Source: Oceanicaulis sp.
GTDB taxonomy: Bacteria > Pseudomonadota > Alphaproteobacteria > Caulobacterales > Maricaulaceae
Direction: 5' to 3'
NCBI GenBank assembly: GCA_965284655.1
Contig: OZ260104.1
Span: 2,283,395-2,347,394 of the forward strand
Length of the DNA stretch: 64,000 bases
Shown here: in pieces, positions 46,781-56,593 of the stretch
Position numbering within the stretch: the first letter of the stretch is position 1
Layout of the letters: every line of letters begins with the position of its first letter
Translations under genes and position numbers: made by a program
Notes under the pieces: model-generated
Seen by the model: the letters and a program-made list of their open reading frames with translations, nothing else
Told to the model about the DNA's origin: nothing
The model's database searches: none

Positions 46781-47499
46781 TCATCTATCCCGCCGTAGAC
46801 GTCATGGAAGGGCGCGTCGTGCGCCTGGCCAAGGGCGATTTCGACGCCGTCACCGATTATGGCGGCGACCCGATGAGCGCGGCGAAAGCCTGGAAGGACA
46901 AGGGCGCTGAGTGGCTGCACCTGGTGGACCTTTCCGGCGCCCGCGACGGCGCGCGGCGTCAGCATGATCTGGTCGAGGCGGTGGCGAAAACCGGCCTGAA
47001 AGTCCAGACCGGCGGCGGGGTTCGCACCGAGGAGGACGTGCAGGCGATCCTCGACGCCGGGGCGAGCCGGGTCGTGGTCGGCTCTCTGGCCGTGAGCGAT
47101 CCGCAGACCGTGATCGGCTGGCTGGCCAAATTCGGCGCCGCCAGAATCGCGGCCGCGTTCGATGTGCGCCTGCAGGACGGCGCGGCCTATCCCACCACGC
47201 GCGGCTGGGCGGAGCGCTCCGACCGGACGCTTGTGGAACTGCTGGCCGATTACCGTCTGGCGGGGCTCGCCCACGCTCTGGTCACCGATATCGACCGCGA
47301 CGGGATGCTGGAGGGGCCCAACCTGACGCTTTATCAGGATTTGCTTCGAATCCGACCGGACATGAACTGGATCGCGTCCGGCGGCGTGTCGTCTCTGGAT
47401 GACGTGAAGGCGCTCAAAGCCGCCGGGATGACTGGCGCGATCATCGGCAAGGCGCTGTTTGAAGGCCGGGTAAAGCTCGATGAGGCGCTGTCATGCTAG
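46777..47499 (+). CDS. hisA: ProFAR isomerase
   Basis: 240 aa. MIIYPAVDV...GGGVR. ATGA overlap with hisH. Confidence 0.9.
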   Translation: MIIYPAVDVMEGRVVRLAKGDFDAVTDYGGDPMSAAKAWKDKGAEWLHLVDLSGARDGARRQHDLVEAVAKTGLKVQTGGGVRTEEDVQAILDAGASRVVVGSLAVSDPQTVIGWLAKFGAARIAAAFDVRLQDGAAYPTTRGWAERSDRTLVELLADYRLAGLAHALVTDIDRDGMLEGPNLTLYQDLLRIRPDMNWIASGGVSSLDDVKALKAAGMTGAIIGKALFEGRVKLDEALSC

Positions 47500-48260
47500 C
47501 CAAGCGCATCATTCCCTGCCTGGACGTGAAAGATGGCCGCGTGGTCAAGGGCGTCCGGTTTCAAAACCACGAGGATGTGGGCGACATTGTCGATCTGGCG
47601 ACGCGCTACAGCGAAGAGGGCGCGGACGAGCTTGTGTTCTACGACATCTCCGCCAGTCCCCAGTCGCGCACTGTGGAGCCGGAATGGGTGGGACGGGTTG
47701 CGCAGGCGATCAATGTTCCGTTCTGCGTCGCCGGCGGAATCCGGTCGGTGGACGACGCCCGCGCGCGCCTGTTCGCCGGGGCCGACAAGATCTCCATCAA
47801 CACGCCGGCGCTGGAAAATCCCGATCTGGTGGACACGCTGGCGCGGGAATTCGGAACCCAGTGCGTCGTGGTGGGCGTCGACAGCCGCGTGATCGACGGC
47901 GACTGGCGCTGTCACAAGAACACCGGCGATCCAGGCCGCACGACCACCGAGCACCGCAAGACGCTGGAATGGATCACCGAGGTCGTCCAGCGCGGCGCCG
48001 GCGAGATTGTCCTCAACTGCATGGACCAGGACGGGGTGCGCGAGGGCTATGACGTCGAGCAGCTCTCCGCCGCGCGCAAAGTCTGCCCGGTTCCCCTTAT
48101 CGCCTCGGGCGGGGCGGGCGCGCGCGAGCATTTCCGGGACGTGTTTGAAAAAGCCGATGTGGATGGCGCGCTGGCCGCCAGCGTGTTCCACAGGGGCGTT
48201 ATCGAGATTGGCGCGCTAAAAGCCTGGCTGGCGCGCATCGGGGTGGAGGCGCGCACATGA
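47493..48260 (+). CDS. hisF: imidazole glycerol phosphate synthase, cyclase subunit
   Basis: 255 aa. [17 protein letters not shown]. Confidence 0.9.
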   Translation: MLAKRIIPCLDVKDGRVVKGVRFQNHEDVGDIVDLATRYSEEGADELVFYDISASPQSRTVEPEWVGRVAQAINVPFCVAGGIRSVDDARARLFAGADKISINTPALENPDLVDTLAREFGTQCVVVGVDSRVIDGDWRCHKNTGDPGRTTTEHRKTLEWITEVVQRGAGEIVLNCMDQDGVREGYDVEQLSAARKVCPVPLIASGGAGAREHFRDVFEKADVDGALAASVFHRGVIEIGALKAWLARIGVEART

Positions 48261-48874
48261 GCGGCATTGATTTTGAAAAGGGCGCCGGCCTGGTTCCGGC
48301 CATCGTCCAACACGCCGACACCGGCGAGGTGCTGATGCTCGCCTATATGAACGCGGAGGCGCTCCAGGCGACGCGCGAGAGCGGTCATGTCACGTTTTTC
48401 TCGCGCTCAAAAGACCGGCTCTGGACCAAGGGCGAGACCAGTGGAAACGTGCTTTCGCTCGTCTCGATCACGCCCGATTGCGACGCCGACACGCTGCTTG
48501 TGAAAGCCCGCCCCGCCGGCCCGGCCTGCCATCTGGGGACGAAGACCTGCTTTGGCGATCAGCCGGGGCCGGGCGTCGGGTTTCTCGGACGGCTGCAACA
48601 CATCGTGGATGAGCGCGGCGAAGCCGATCCCAAACAGAGTTACACCGCAAAGCTGCTCGCCAGGGGGGTGCTGAAATGCGCCCAGAAGGTGGGCGAAGAG
48701 GGCGTCGAGACCGCGCTCGCCGGAGCCGCCGAGGATGACGAGGCGCTGCTGAACGAGTCCGCCGACCTGCTGTTTCACCTCACCGTGCTTTTGAAGGCGC
48801 GCGGGCTGAAGCTTGAAGACGCGGTGACGGTCCTGGATAAACGCCACGCCGCGCCCTCTAGACCAGCCGGCTAG
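48257..48874 (+). CDS. hisIE: bifunctional phosphoribosyl-AMP cyclohydrolase / phosphoribosyl-ATP pyrophosphatase
   Basis: 205 aa. HisI part (CDADTLL, C..G..CF) followed by HisE part (EEADLLFH-like). ATGA overlap with hisF. Confidence 0.9.
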   Translation: MSGIDFEKGAGLVPAIVQHADTGEVLMLAYMNAEALQATRESGHVTFFSRSKDRLWTKGETSGNVLSLVSITPDCDADTLLVKARPAGPACHLGTKTCFGDQPGPGVGFLGRLQHIVDERGEADPKQSYTAKLLARGVLKCAQKVGEEGVETALAGAAEDDEALLNESADLLFHLTVLLKARGLKLEDAVTVLDKRHAAPSRPAG

Positions 48875-49875
48875 TCCAGCCAGGGCGGAGTCGGCAGGCC
48901 CTTTTCGCGCAGGAAATCCGGATTGTAGAGCTTGGACTGATAGCGCGAACCGTGGTCGCAAAGGATGGTCACGATGGTGTGGCCAGGGCCCATCTTGCGC
49001 GCCATGCGCACCGCGCCGGCGATATTGATCCCCGCCGACCCCCCAAGACAGACGCCTTCCTCCATCACCAGATCATAGAGAATATGCAGCGCTTCCTCAT
49101 CGGGGATGCGGAAAGCCTCGTCGATGACGGCGCCGTCAAGATTAGCGGTGATGCGGCTTTGACCGATGCCTTCGGTGATCGAGGTCCCCTCGGCTTTCAG
49201 CTCGCCATGGGCGTAGTATCCGTACAGCGCCGCGCCGCCCGGATCCGCCAGAGCGATCTTCACAGTCTTCGAGCGGGCTTTAAGCGCATCCGAGACGCCC
49301 GCGATGGTGCCGCCGGAGCCCACCGCGGCCACAAACGCGTCGACCTTGCCGCCGGTCTGCTCCCAGATCTCGGGGCCGGTGGTCTCGGCGTGGGCGCGCC
49401 GGTTGGCTGTGTTGTCAAATTGCTGAGCCCAGATCGCCCCGTTGGGCTCGGTGGCGTTCAGCTCCTCGGCCAGGCGCCCCGAGTAATGCACATAGTGGTT
49501 CGGGTTGGCGTAGGCGACCGCGTCCACCTTTATCAATTCGGCGCCCATGAGCGTGATGGCGTCGGCCTTCTCCTGGCTCTGGGTGCGCGGAAACACGATG
49601 ACCACCTTGTAGCCGAGCGCGCGCCCGACCATCGCCAGGCCGATCCCGGTATTGCCGGCCGTGCCTTCAACAATCGTCCCGCCGGGTTTCAGCTTTCCTG
49701 ATTTCTCCGCATCACGGATGATCCCCAGAGCGGCGCGGTCCTTCACCGATCCGCCGGGATTCATCCATTCGGCCTTGCCGAGAATTTCGCATCCGGTTTC
49801 GTCGCTCACCTTGTTGAGGCGAAGCAGGGGCGTGTTTCCGATCAGATCGACAACGCTCGCGGCGGGTTTGGACAT
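48871..49875 (-). CDS. cysK: cysteine synthase A-like PLP enzyme
   Basis: ATG at 49875. PLP lysine motif GGSVKDR and GTGGT-type loop [10 protein letters not shown]. Confidence 0.85.
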   Translation of the reverse strand: MSKPAASVVDLIGNTPLLRLNKVSDETGCEILGKAEWMNPGGSVKDRAALGIIRDAEKSGKLKPGGTIVEGTAGNTGIGLAMVGRALGYKVVIVFPRTQSQEKADAITLMGAELIKVDAVAYANPNHYVHYSGRLAEELNATEPNGAIWAQQFDNTANRRAHAETTGPEIWEQTGGKVDAFVAAVGSGGTIAGVSDALKARSKTVKIALADPGGAALYGYYAHGELKAEGTSITEGIGQSRITANLDGAVIDEAFRIPDEEALHILYDLVMEEGVCLGGSAGINIAGAVRMARKMGPGHTIVTILCDHGSRYQSKLYNPDFLREKGLPTPPWLD

Positions 49876-49959
49876 GACGCACTCCGGGTTCGAACAGGCT
49901 TGCAAGCTAGGCTGCGGGACGGGACGCTGCAATCATCCGCGCTTTCCTTCAAGCAGGCG

Positions 49960-49985
49960 TGATCCGATGCAACATTCAGGGCGTA
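49960..49985 (+). promoter_or_regulatory. ECF sigmaE(ChrR)-type promoter motif TGATCC-N16-CGTA
   Basis: TGATCC at 49960..49965, a 16-nt spacer, CGTA at 49982..49985. The ATG of the chrR-like gene follows 9 nt later. The same bipartite motif is at 59468..59493. Confidence 0.55.
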
Positions 49986-49994
49986 TAGCTTGAT

Positions 49995-50654
49995 ATGACA
50001 ACACAAAGCCACACCACGAGCCTTGATGAAGGCTGGATCCTTGACGCCGCGTCCGGCGCCGCGCCGCGCGCGGTCCGGGTGCTGGCGGCCTGCCATGGAG
50101 CGATGAACCCCGAGGCCGGCGTCTCGCTGGATGCAGCCGAGCGCACCTTCGGCGCCTTGCTGGAAACCTCGCCGAGCGCGCCAATGTCGCCCGGCGCCTA
50201 TGACGTCGTTCTTACCAGATTGGCGGACCCGGAAGCGCCCCTCGACGATCCGGCGCCGAAAAGCGCCTGGCTTCCCAAACCGCTGGTGCGCGCGCTGGCC
50301 CGCTCCGGCGCGCCCAACTGGCGCAAGCGCTTTGGCGGTTACAGCGAAATCATCGTATCCGATCTGTGCGAGCCGGGCGTGCGTGCGCGGCTTCTCTCCA
50401 TCCCGAAGGGGAAGGGCGCGCCCGAGCATGACCATGAAGGCGATGAGCTGACGCTGGTTCTCTCCGGTTCGTTCATCGACGGGCGCGGCCGCTACGGTCC
50501 GGGCGACGCGTGTGTGGCCGAGCCGGGTGTCGTGCATCGGCCCCGCGTCGACCTGGACGATCTGTGCGTCTGTTTCGCTGTTGAGCTGGGAGACTGGCGC
50601 CTGACCAATCCCGCGCTTTCGGCGCTGGATCGTATCTTTACCCGCAAACACTGA
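49995..50654 (+). CDS. ChrR-like cupin protein (anti-sigmaE family) lacking the zinc-binding CxxC
   Basis: The C-terminal cupin region EHDHEGDELTLVLSGSF...GVVHRP resembles ChrR. The N-terminus keeps H6 and H34, but NPEA replaces CxxC. Confidence 0.7.
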   Translation: MTTQSHTTSLDEGWILDAASGAAPRAVRVLAACHGAMNPEAGVSLDAAERTFGALLETSPSAPMSPGAYDVVLTRLADPEAPLDDPAPKSAWLPKPLVRALARSGAPNWRKRFGGYSEIIVSDLCEPGVRARLLSIPKGKGAPEHDHEGDELTLVLSGSFIDGRGRYGPGDACVAEPGVVHRPRVDLDDLCVCFAVELGDWRLTNPALSALDRIFTRKH

Positions 50655-50664
50655 GGTCTGTTTC

Positions 50665-51387
50665 ATGACCACGCTGATTTTCGGAGCGACCGGCGGCGTC
50701 GGCGCGGCTCTCGCGCGTCGCCTGTCCAAATTGGGCGAGGACGTCTTCCTCGCCGCACGCGACGAAGAGGCGCTGAAATCCATCGCTGACGAACTCGATG
50801 CGCCGAGCCGGGTTTGCGACGTGCTCGACAGCGCCGAGATCGAAGCCACGGTCGAGGCGGCCGCCGAACACGGCGCGTTGACTGGCCTGGCGTTTTGCGT
50901 CGGCTCGATCGATCTGGCGCCGCTGCGACGGACCGATCGCGACATGGTGCGCAAGACCTTCGAGTTGAACGCGGTGAGCGCGTCCGAGGCGCTGCGCTGC
51001 GCGGATCCGCACCTGCGCAAAAACAACGGGTCCGCCCTTCTCTTCTCCACGGTCGCCGTCGGTCAGGGCTTTGTCAGCCACGCCGCCATCTCGATGGCCA
51101 AGGGCGCGGTGGAGGGCCTGACGCGGGCCGTGGCGGCCGAGTGGGCGCCGAAGGCGCGGATCAATGCGATCGCGCCAAGCATTCTGGATACGGGCATCGC
51201 CCAGCCGCTCCTGTCGTCTGACAAGATGCGCGACGGCCTGGCGAAGATGCATGCTCTGGAAAGACTGGGCGAGGGGGATGACGCTGCTGCGCTCGCGGCT
51301 TTCTTGCTGTCGAAAGAGTCCGGCTGGATCACCGGCCAGGTTTTCCCCGTCGATGGCGGTCGTTCGCGCGTTAGAACCAAAGGATAA
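50665..51387 (+). CDS. SDR-family oxidoreductase (atypical; catalytic Tyr position appears substituted)
   Basis: Rossmann motif GATGGVGAA. The expected YxxxK position reads ISMAK. Confidence 0.75.
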   Translation: MTTLIFGATGGVGAALARRLSKLGEDVFLAARDEEALKSIADELDAPSRVCDVLDSAEIEATVEAAAEHGALTGLAFCVGSIDLAPLRRTDRDMVRKTFELNAVSASEALRCADPHLRKNNGSALLFSTVAVGQGFVSHAAISMAKGAVEGLTRAVAAEWAPKARINAIAPSILDTGIAQPLLSSDKMRDGLAKMHALERLGEGDDAAALAAFLLSKESGWITGQVFPVDGGRSRVRTKG

Positions 51388-51390
51388 TCA

Positions 51391-52086
51391 ATGTTTCGTA
51401 CCTTTATGATCGCCGCCACCCTCGGTTTCGCCGGGTCGCCAGCCATGGCGCAGGCCGCTGATCCCGATCCCCGGCCGCTGCCGCAGGCCGGCGAAGAGAT
51501 CGTCTTCGACGTCTACCGAAAGGGGGATGTCGATTTCGGCACACACACGGTTCGATTTTCTGAAGACGGCGGTGATCTGATCGCCACAACCACGATCCGG
51601 CTTCGCGCCGGGCTGGGGCCGATCACCGTGTTCCGCTATGAGCATGACGCCACCGAGCGCTGGCGCGATGATCAGCTGATCGCCCTGGATGGGCGCACGC
51701 TGAAGGACGGAAATACATTCGAGGTCACCGCCCGCTCCACCAGCGAGGGCCTGGAGGTGAATGGCGTCAATCCGGAAGGCGAGGGGATCAGCCAGCTTCT
51801 AAGCGCCGGAATTCTTCCCAGCTCTCACTGGCACGGCTATCCGGCCGATATGGCCGAGATGCTGAACACCGAGCACGGCACGGTGATGGACACCACCGTG
51901 GAATATCTCGGAGAGACCGAGATTGAAGGTGATGGCGGAATGATCGCGGTGGGACGCTACCGGCTTTCCAGCACGCTCACCGTGGATCTTTTCTACGACG
52001 AAAACGGCCGCTGGGCCGGGTGCGAGTTTGATGCGCGCGGCCAGACCGTTCGCTATGTGCGCCGCGCCGACCCTGTCACGGGCTAG
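51391..52086 (+). CDS. secreted protein of unknown function (DUF3108/DUF6134-like)
   Basis: Signal peptide MFRTFMIAATLGFAGSPAMAQA. Beta-rich sequence. The family name is recalled with low certainty. Confidence 0.5.
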   Translation: MFRTFMIAATLGFAGSPAMAQAADPDPRPLPQAGEEIVFDVYRKGDVDFGTHTVRFSEDGGDLIATTTIRLRAGLGPITVFRYEHDATERWRDDQLIALDGRTLKDGNTFEVTARSTSEGLEVNGVNPEGEGISQLLSAGILPSSHWHGYPADMAEMLNTEHGTVMDTTVEYLGETEIEGDGGMIAVGRYRLSSTLTVDLFYDENGRWAGCEFDARGQTVRYVRRADPVTG

Positions 52087-52089
52087 GCG

Positions 52090-53616
52090 ATGGCCACCCT
52101 CCGGCTGATCCTCGGCGACCAGCTCAGCCAGTCCATCGCGTCACTGCGCGACCTCGACGCCGCTGAGGACACCGTCCTCATGGCCGAGGTCGACGCGGAA
52201 GCGACTTACGTAAAGCACCACAAGAAGAAGATCGCCTATCTCTTTTCAGCTATGAGGCATTTCGCCGCCAACCTTCAGGCGAACCGGGTCAAGGTGCGCT
52301 ATAGCAGGATCGACGACGCGGACAATGCCGGCTCGCTTGAGGCCGAGATTGCGCGGGCGCTAGAGGATGAGCGCTATGACAAGCTGGTGGTGGTTGAGCC
52401 CGGCGAGCACCGGCTCAAAAAGACCATGGAGGGGTGGGAGCACCGACTCGGGATCAAGACCGAGATCCGGCGTGATGATCGCTTCATCTGCACGCTGGAT
52501 CGTTTCGATGCGTGGGCGAACGGACGTAAGCGGCTCACCATGGAATATTTCTACCGCGAGCTCCGGAAAGAGACCGGCATCCTGATGGACGGCAAGGAGC
52601 CGGCCGGCGGCCAGTGGAATTTCGACCACGACAATCGCCAGCGCCTGCCCAACGATATCGCCATCCCGCCGCGACTTCGCATCGAACCGGACGCCGTCAC
52701 GCGCGAGGTGCTGGACACGGTGGCGGAGAAATACGCCGACCATTTCGGCGACCTCGATGATTTCTGGTTCGCGGTGACGGCCGAGGACGCCGAAGCCCAG
52801 CTGGACTGGTTCATCGAGCAAGCGCTGTGTAATTTCGGCGATTATCAGGACGCCATGAAGGAGGGCGAGGCCTTCCTCTTTCACTCGGTCCTGTCGCTCT
52901 ACATGAACGCCGGTCTGCTGGACCCTCTCAAGGTCTGCAGGACGGCCGAAGCGGCCTATCGCCAGGGCGCCGCGCCGCTCAACGCGGTGGAGGGCTTCAT
53001 CCGCCAGATCCTGGGCTGGCGCGAATTTGTGCGCGGGATCTACTGGCGTTTCATGCCGGAATACCGCAAGCGCAATTTTCTCGAGGCCGAACGCAAGCTT
53101 CCGGAGTTTTACTGGACCGGCGAGACGAAGATGGCGTGCCTGCGCGACGCGGTGCTCACGACGAAGAAGCACGCCTACGCCCACCACATCCAGCGCCTCA
53201 TGATCACAGGCAATTTCGCCCTGATCGCGGGGCTCGATCCGGACGCGGTCAATGAGTGGTACATGGTGGTCTACGCCGACGCCTATGAATGGGTCGAGGC
53301 GCCCAACACCCACGGCATGGCGCTGTTCGCAGACGGCGGTCTCATGGCGACGAAACCCTATGCCGCGTCAGGTTCTTACATCAACAAGATGAGTGACCAC
53401 TGCAAGGGCTGCTCCTATGCGGTGAGCAAGAAGAACGGGCCAAAGGCCTGCCCGTTCAACTATCTCTACTGGGGCTTCCTGATGGAGAACGAAGAGCGCC
53501 TGCGCGGCAATCACCGCCTTGCGATGATCTACAAGACGCTGGAGCGTATGGACGACGAGAAGAGAGCCGCCATCCGCGCTGATTCCAGGCGCTTTTTCAA
53601 CGAACTCGGGATTTAG
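52090..53616 (+). CDS. cryptochrome/photolyase-family protein of the FeS-BCP class (bacterial (6-4) photolyase / CryB type)
   Basis: 508 aa 'photolyase-related' layout. Four-Cys pattern (MACLRD, HCKGC, KACPF) typical of the [4Fe-4S] subclass. Confidence 0.8.
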   Translation: MATLRLILGDQLSQSIASLRDLDAAEDTVLMAEVDAEATYVKHHKKKIAYLFSAMRHFAANLQANRVKVRYSRIDDADNAGSLEAEIARALEDERYDKLVVVEPGEHRLKKTMEGWEHRLGIKTEIRRDDRFICTLDRFDAWANGRKRLTMEYFYRELRKETGILMDGKEPAGGQWNFDHDNRQRLPNDIAIPPRLRIEPDAVTREVLDTVAEKYADHFGDLDDFWFAVTAEDAEAQLDWFIEQALCNFGDYQDAMKEGEAFLFHSVLSLYMNAGLLDPLKVCRTAEAAYRQGAAPLNAVEGFIRQILGWREFVRGIYWRFMPEYRKRNFLEAERKLPEFYWTGETKMACLRDAVLTTKKHAYAHHIQRLMITGNFALIAGLDPDAVNEWYMVVYADAYEWVEAPNTHGMALFADGGLMATKPYAASGSYINKMSDHCKGCSYAVSKKNGPKACPFNYLYWGFLMENEERLRGNHRLAMIYKTLERMDDEKRAAIRADSRRFFNELGI

Positions 53617-53625
53617 GAGACGCCC

Positions 53626-54414
53626 ATGCCCCGCCCCGCCACACCCAAGGACGGACTGTGCTGGATCACCGGCGCCAGTTCCGGCATCGGCAAGGAGCTG
53701 ACGCGAAAGCTGGTTAAAGAGGGCTGGCGGGTAGCGGTGTCAGCGCGCAGCGAGGACAAGCTGAATGCGCTTGTGGCCGAAGCCCCGGACAAGATCATCG
53801 CCGTCCCGCTGGATATCACAGACGCGCCGGCGGTGGCCGCCGCCGTGGACCGCATCGAGGCCGAACACGGACCCATTGCGCGCGCCGTGCTGAACGCCGG
53901 CGTGTATATCCCCATCAACGGCGAAGCGCCGCGTTATGAGGATTACGCCAAGACCTTCTCCGTGAACCTCAACGGCACCGCGGCGTGCGTCAGCGCGATC
54001 ACGCCAAAATTTGTGGAGCGCCGTGCCGGTCAGCTTGTGATCGTCTCTTCGGCCACGGCCTTTGGCGGGATGCCCACCGCGTCGGCCTATGGCGCGACCA
54101 AGGCGGCGCTGTTGAACATGGCCGAATGCCTCTCGATCGAGCTTCACCGGTTCGGCGTGCATGTTCAGTGCGTGACGCCTGGGTTCGTGGAGACCCCGGC
54201 CCAGGACGATAACGAATTTCCAAAGCCCTTCATGGTGAGCGCAAAAAAGGCCGCCGGGCGCATGGCGTCCGGCATGAAGTCAAAGCGGTTTGAAGTGACT
54301 TTCCCGCGCCGTTTCACCTGGAGTTTGAAGGTTCTCTACGCCCTGCCGCGCGGCTGGTATTTGCCGCTGGTGCGGAAGCAGACCGGCTGGGACAAGGACG
54401 CAGACGTAAGCTGA
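53626..54414 (+). CDS. classical SDR-family oxidoreductase
   Basis: TGASSGIG, SSATAF and YGATK motifs. Confidence 0.85.
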   Translation: MPRPATPKDGLCWITGASSGIGKELTRKLVKEGWRVAVSARSEDKLNALVAEAPDKIIAVPLDITDAPAVAAAVDRIEAEHGPIARAVLNAGVYIPINGEAPRYEDYAKTFSVNLNGTAACVSAITPKFVERRAGQLVIVSSATAFGGMPTASAYGATKAALLNMAECLSIELHRFGVHVQCVTPGFVETPAQDDNEFPKPFMVSAKKAAGRMASGMKSKRFEVTFPRRFTWSLKVLYALPRGWYLPLVRKQTGWDKDADVS

Positions 54415-54487
54415 CGCCGGAAGCGCGAAGGCGAACCGAGGAACGCGGCACATCAAGAGCGCATCAGGGGGTTCAGGCCATTGGTCG

Positions 54488-55738
54488 TCAGACCGGGCGC
54501 TTTACGGCGAATTGCGCCACATCGATGCGTCCGGTGTCGAACCCGGCTTCGCAATAGGCCAGGTAAAACTCCCACATCCTCTTAAAGCGGTCGTCGAAGC
54601 CCATGGGCGCGATTTCGCCCCAGGCGTCGCGGAAGCTGTGGAGCCAGCGATTGAGCGTGCGCGCATAGTCCTCGCCGAAGGCTTCCATGCCCTCGAAGGC
54701 GAGGCCTGCCTGATCGAATTGAGCGCGCAGCTTTTCAGCACTGGGAAGCACGCCGCCAGGGAAGATGTAGCGCTGAATGAAGTCGGTGCGCTTGGCGTAG
54801 GTGTCGAACAGATCGTCTCGGATGGTGATGATCTGCATCCCCGCCTTGCCGCCGGGTTTGAGCACGTCGTGCATCTTGGAGAAGAAGCTGGGCCAGTATT
54901 CCTGGCCGACCGCCTCGAACATCTCGATGGACGCGACCGCGTCATAGGCGCCGGTCTCGTCGCGATAGTCCTGCAGTTTGATGTCCACCTTCTCGCCCAG
55001 CTGGTTCTGCTGGATGCGCTCCAGAGCGAAATCGCGCTGGCTGGGTGACAGGGTGAGGCAGGTCACCTTCGCGCCGACGACCCCGGCGGCGTATTGGGCG
55101 AATCCGCCCCAGCCGCAGCCGATCTCCAGCGCGTGGCTGCCCGGCTTCAGGTCGATCATGCGAGCCAGCGCGGCGTATTTTTCCTGCTGCGCCGCCTCCA
55201 GGCTCTGCGTCTCGCTTTTGAATCGCGCAGAGGAATAGGTCATCGAAGGGTCTAGCCACAGCTCGTAAAAATCATTGCCGAGATCGTAGTGCGCCTCGAT
55301 ATTCTTGCGCGCCTGGGACTTCGTGTTTGCGTTCAGCTTGTGGAAAATCCAGTGGAAGAAGCGCGTCAGCGGCCCGCCGGTGATGATGGAGTGCATCTCG
55401 TCCAGATTGGCCGAGAACACTGAAAGCGCCGCCGGCAGGTCCGGCGTCGTCCAGTCGCCGTCCATATAGCTTTCCCCGAACCCGACATCGCCGCCGGAGA
55501 AGACCTTGCGCACAATCTTGTAATTGTTGAGCTCGATGCGCGCCTCCTGCCCGGGTTTCTCGCCCTCGAAGACGATGTCTCGGCCGTCGGGCAGGCGCAC
55601 CGTCAGGCTGCCGACTTTCAGGCGCAAAAGCATGCGAAGCGCGAAGCGTACATTGCTGGGAACGTCACGCAGCCGATCGATCAAGGATCCATCGGCGCGC
55701 AGGGTCTCCGCAGAGGAGAACGAGTCGGCGTTGCTCAT
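54488..55738 (-). CDS. cyclopropane-fatty-acyl-phospholipid synthase-family SAM methyltransferase (UfaM/Cfa-like)
   Basis: 416 aa. SAM motif LEIGCGWGG and CFA-synthase family C-terminus. Confidence 0.85.
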   Translation of the reverse strand: MSNADSFSSAETLRADGSLIDRLRDVPSNVRFALRMLLRLKVGSLTVRLPDGRDIVFEGEKPGQEARIELNNYKIVRKVFSGGDVGFGESYMDGDWTTPDLPAALSVFSANLDEMHSIITGGPLTRFFHWIFHKLNANTKSQARKNIEAHYDLGNDFYELWLDPSMTYSSARFKSETQSLEAAQQEKYAALARMIDLKPGSHALEIGCGWGGFAQYAAGVVGAKVTCLTLSPSQRDFALERIQQNQLGEKVDIKLQDYRDETGAYDAVASIEMFEAVGQEYWPSFFSKMHDVLKPGGKAGMQIITIRDDLFDTYAKRTDFIQRYIFPGGVLPSAEKLRAQFDQAGLAFEGMEAFGEDYARTLNRWLHSFRDAWGEIAPMGFDDRFKRMWEFYLAYCEAGFDTGRIDVAQFAVKRPV

Positions 55739-55780
55739 GGGTCGGCTCCGTACGGGCGGTCCTGAGGAAATTACGATACC

Positions 55781-56593
55781 CTAATCGAGCCGGTCGCCAA
55801 GCGTAGCGGAGCGGTGATCGACCGAATGGCCGCGGGTGGCCGCGGCGGGCGGTTGCGGGCGAGGGTGGTATTTCGCCCCTTTTATCCAGAGCTTGAGCGC
55901 CTCGAAATGGATCGCGGCGATGGTCTTCAGCGTCGAAAAAGGCTGGCTTGCGAACAAGCCGGCGAGATTGGCGGTGGTGAGGGCGCGCCTTTTCATCGCC
56001 ATCGTGGCGAGCAGATCAGGACCGGCCTCACGCTGCTTCAGGATAATCAGGCGAAAGATTTTTCCCGGCTCACGCACAGTGAATTCATAGCGCCCGGCCA
56101 CGTCGAAAAAGGGCGAGACGTGGAAAACCTTCTCGGCGTCCTGGAGCTCCCGGCGTCCGCCCGTGGCCGCCGCCACATAGGCGTGGGCGTCACCGAACGT
56201 GTTGTGGACCTGGTAGATCACTCCGGCGAGCCGGCCGTCTGCCCCTTCGGCGAAATAAACCGACAACGGGTTGAAGACATAGCCGAGGACCCGCGGCGAG
56301 CAGAGCAGACGGACCGGCCCGTCGCCCGTATCCACGCCGGCCTCTTCAAACCGCGCGCGCGCCCAGGCCTTCAGGTCGGATCCGTCGCGCGCGCCGTGAT
56401 CCTTGCTCTTGAAGCTGAACAGGTTGAATCGCTCCACCGAAAACAGCGGGCTGACACGGTCGGCCTCCTCCAACCGATCGAGATCGATCAGCAAGGATGC
56501 GATGCGATAGGTGAACCGGTGGAAGAAGGGCGCCCGGCGCTCGTGCACCGTATGACCGGCGTATAGCCAGGCGGGGGCGTCGGCTGTGATCAT
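55781..56593 (-). CDS. DUF1365-family protein
   Basis: ATG at 56593 (ATGA overlap with the upstream gene). LYAGHTVHERRAPFFHRFTYRIASLLIDLD matches the DUF1365 N-terminus as recalled. Confidence 0.7.
   Translation of the reverse strand: MITADAPAWLYAGHTVHERRAPFFHRFTYRIASLLIDLDRLEEADRVSPLFSVERFNLFSFKSKDHGARDGSDLKAWARARFEEAGVDTGDGPVRLLCSPRVLGYVFNPLSVYFAEGADGRLAGVIYQVHNTFGDAHAYVAAATGGRRELQDAEKVFHVSPFFDVAGRYEFTVREPGKIFRLIILKQREAGPDLLATMAMKRRALTTANLAGLFASQPFSTLKTIAAIHFEALKLWIKGAKYHPRPQPPAAATRGHSVDHRSATLGDRLD

Noticed and set aside
49876-49994. Expected rpoE (ECF sigma) gene next to the chrR-like gene
   Set aside because: Only 119 nt separate divergent cysK from the chrR-like gene, and no ECF-sigma-like ORF exists anywhere in the window.
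49842-51050. 402-aa minus-strand ORF
   Set aside because: It is antisense to the chrR-like and SDR genes. It has an Arg/Ser/Ala-rich low-complexity translation.
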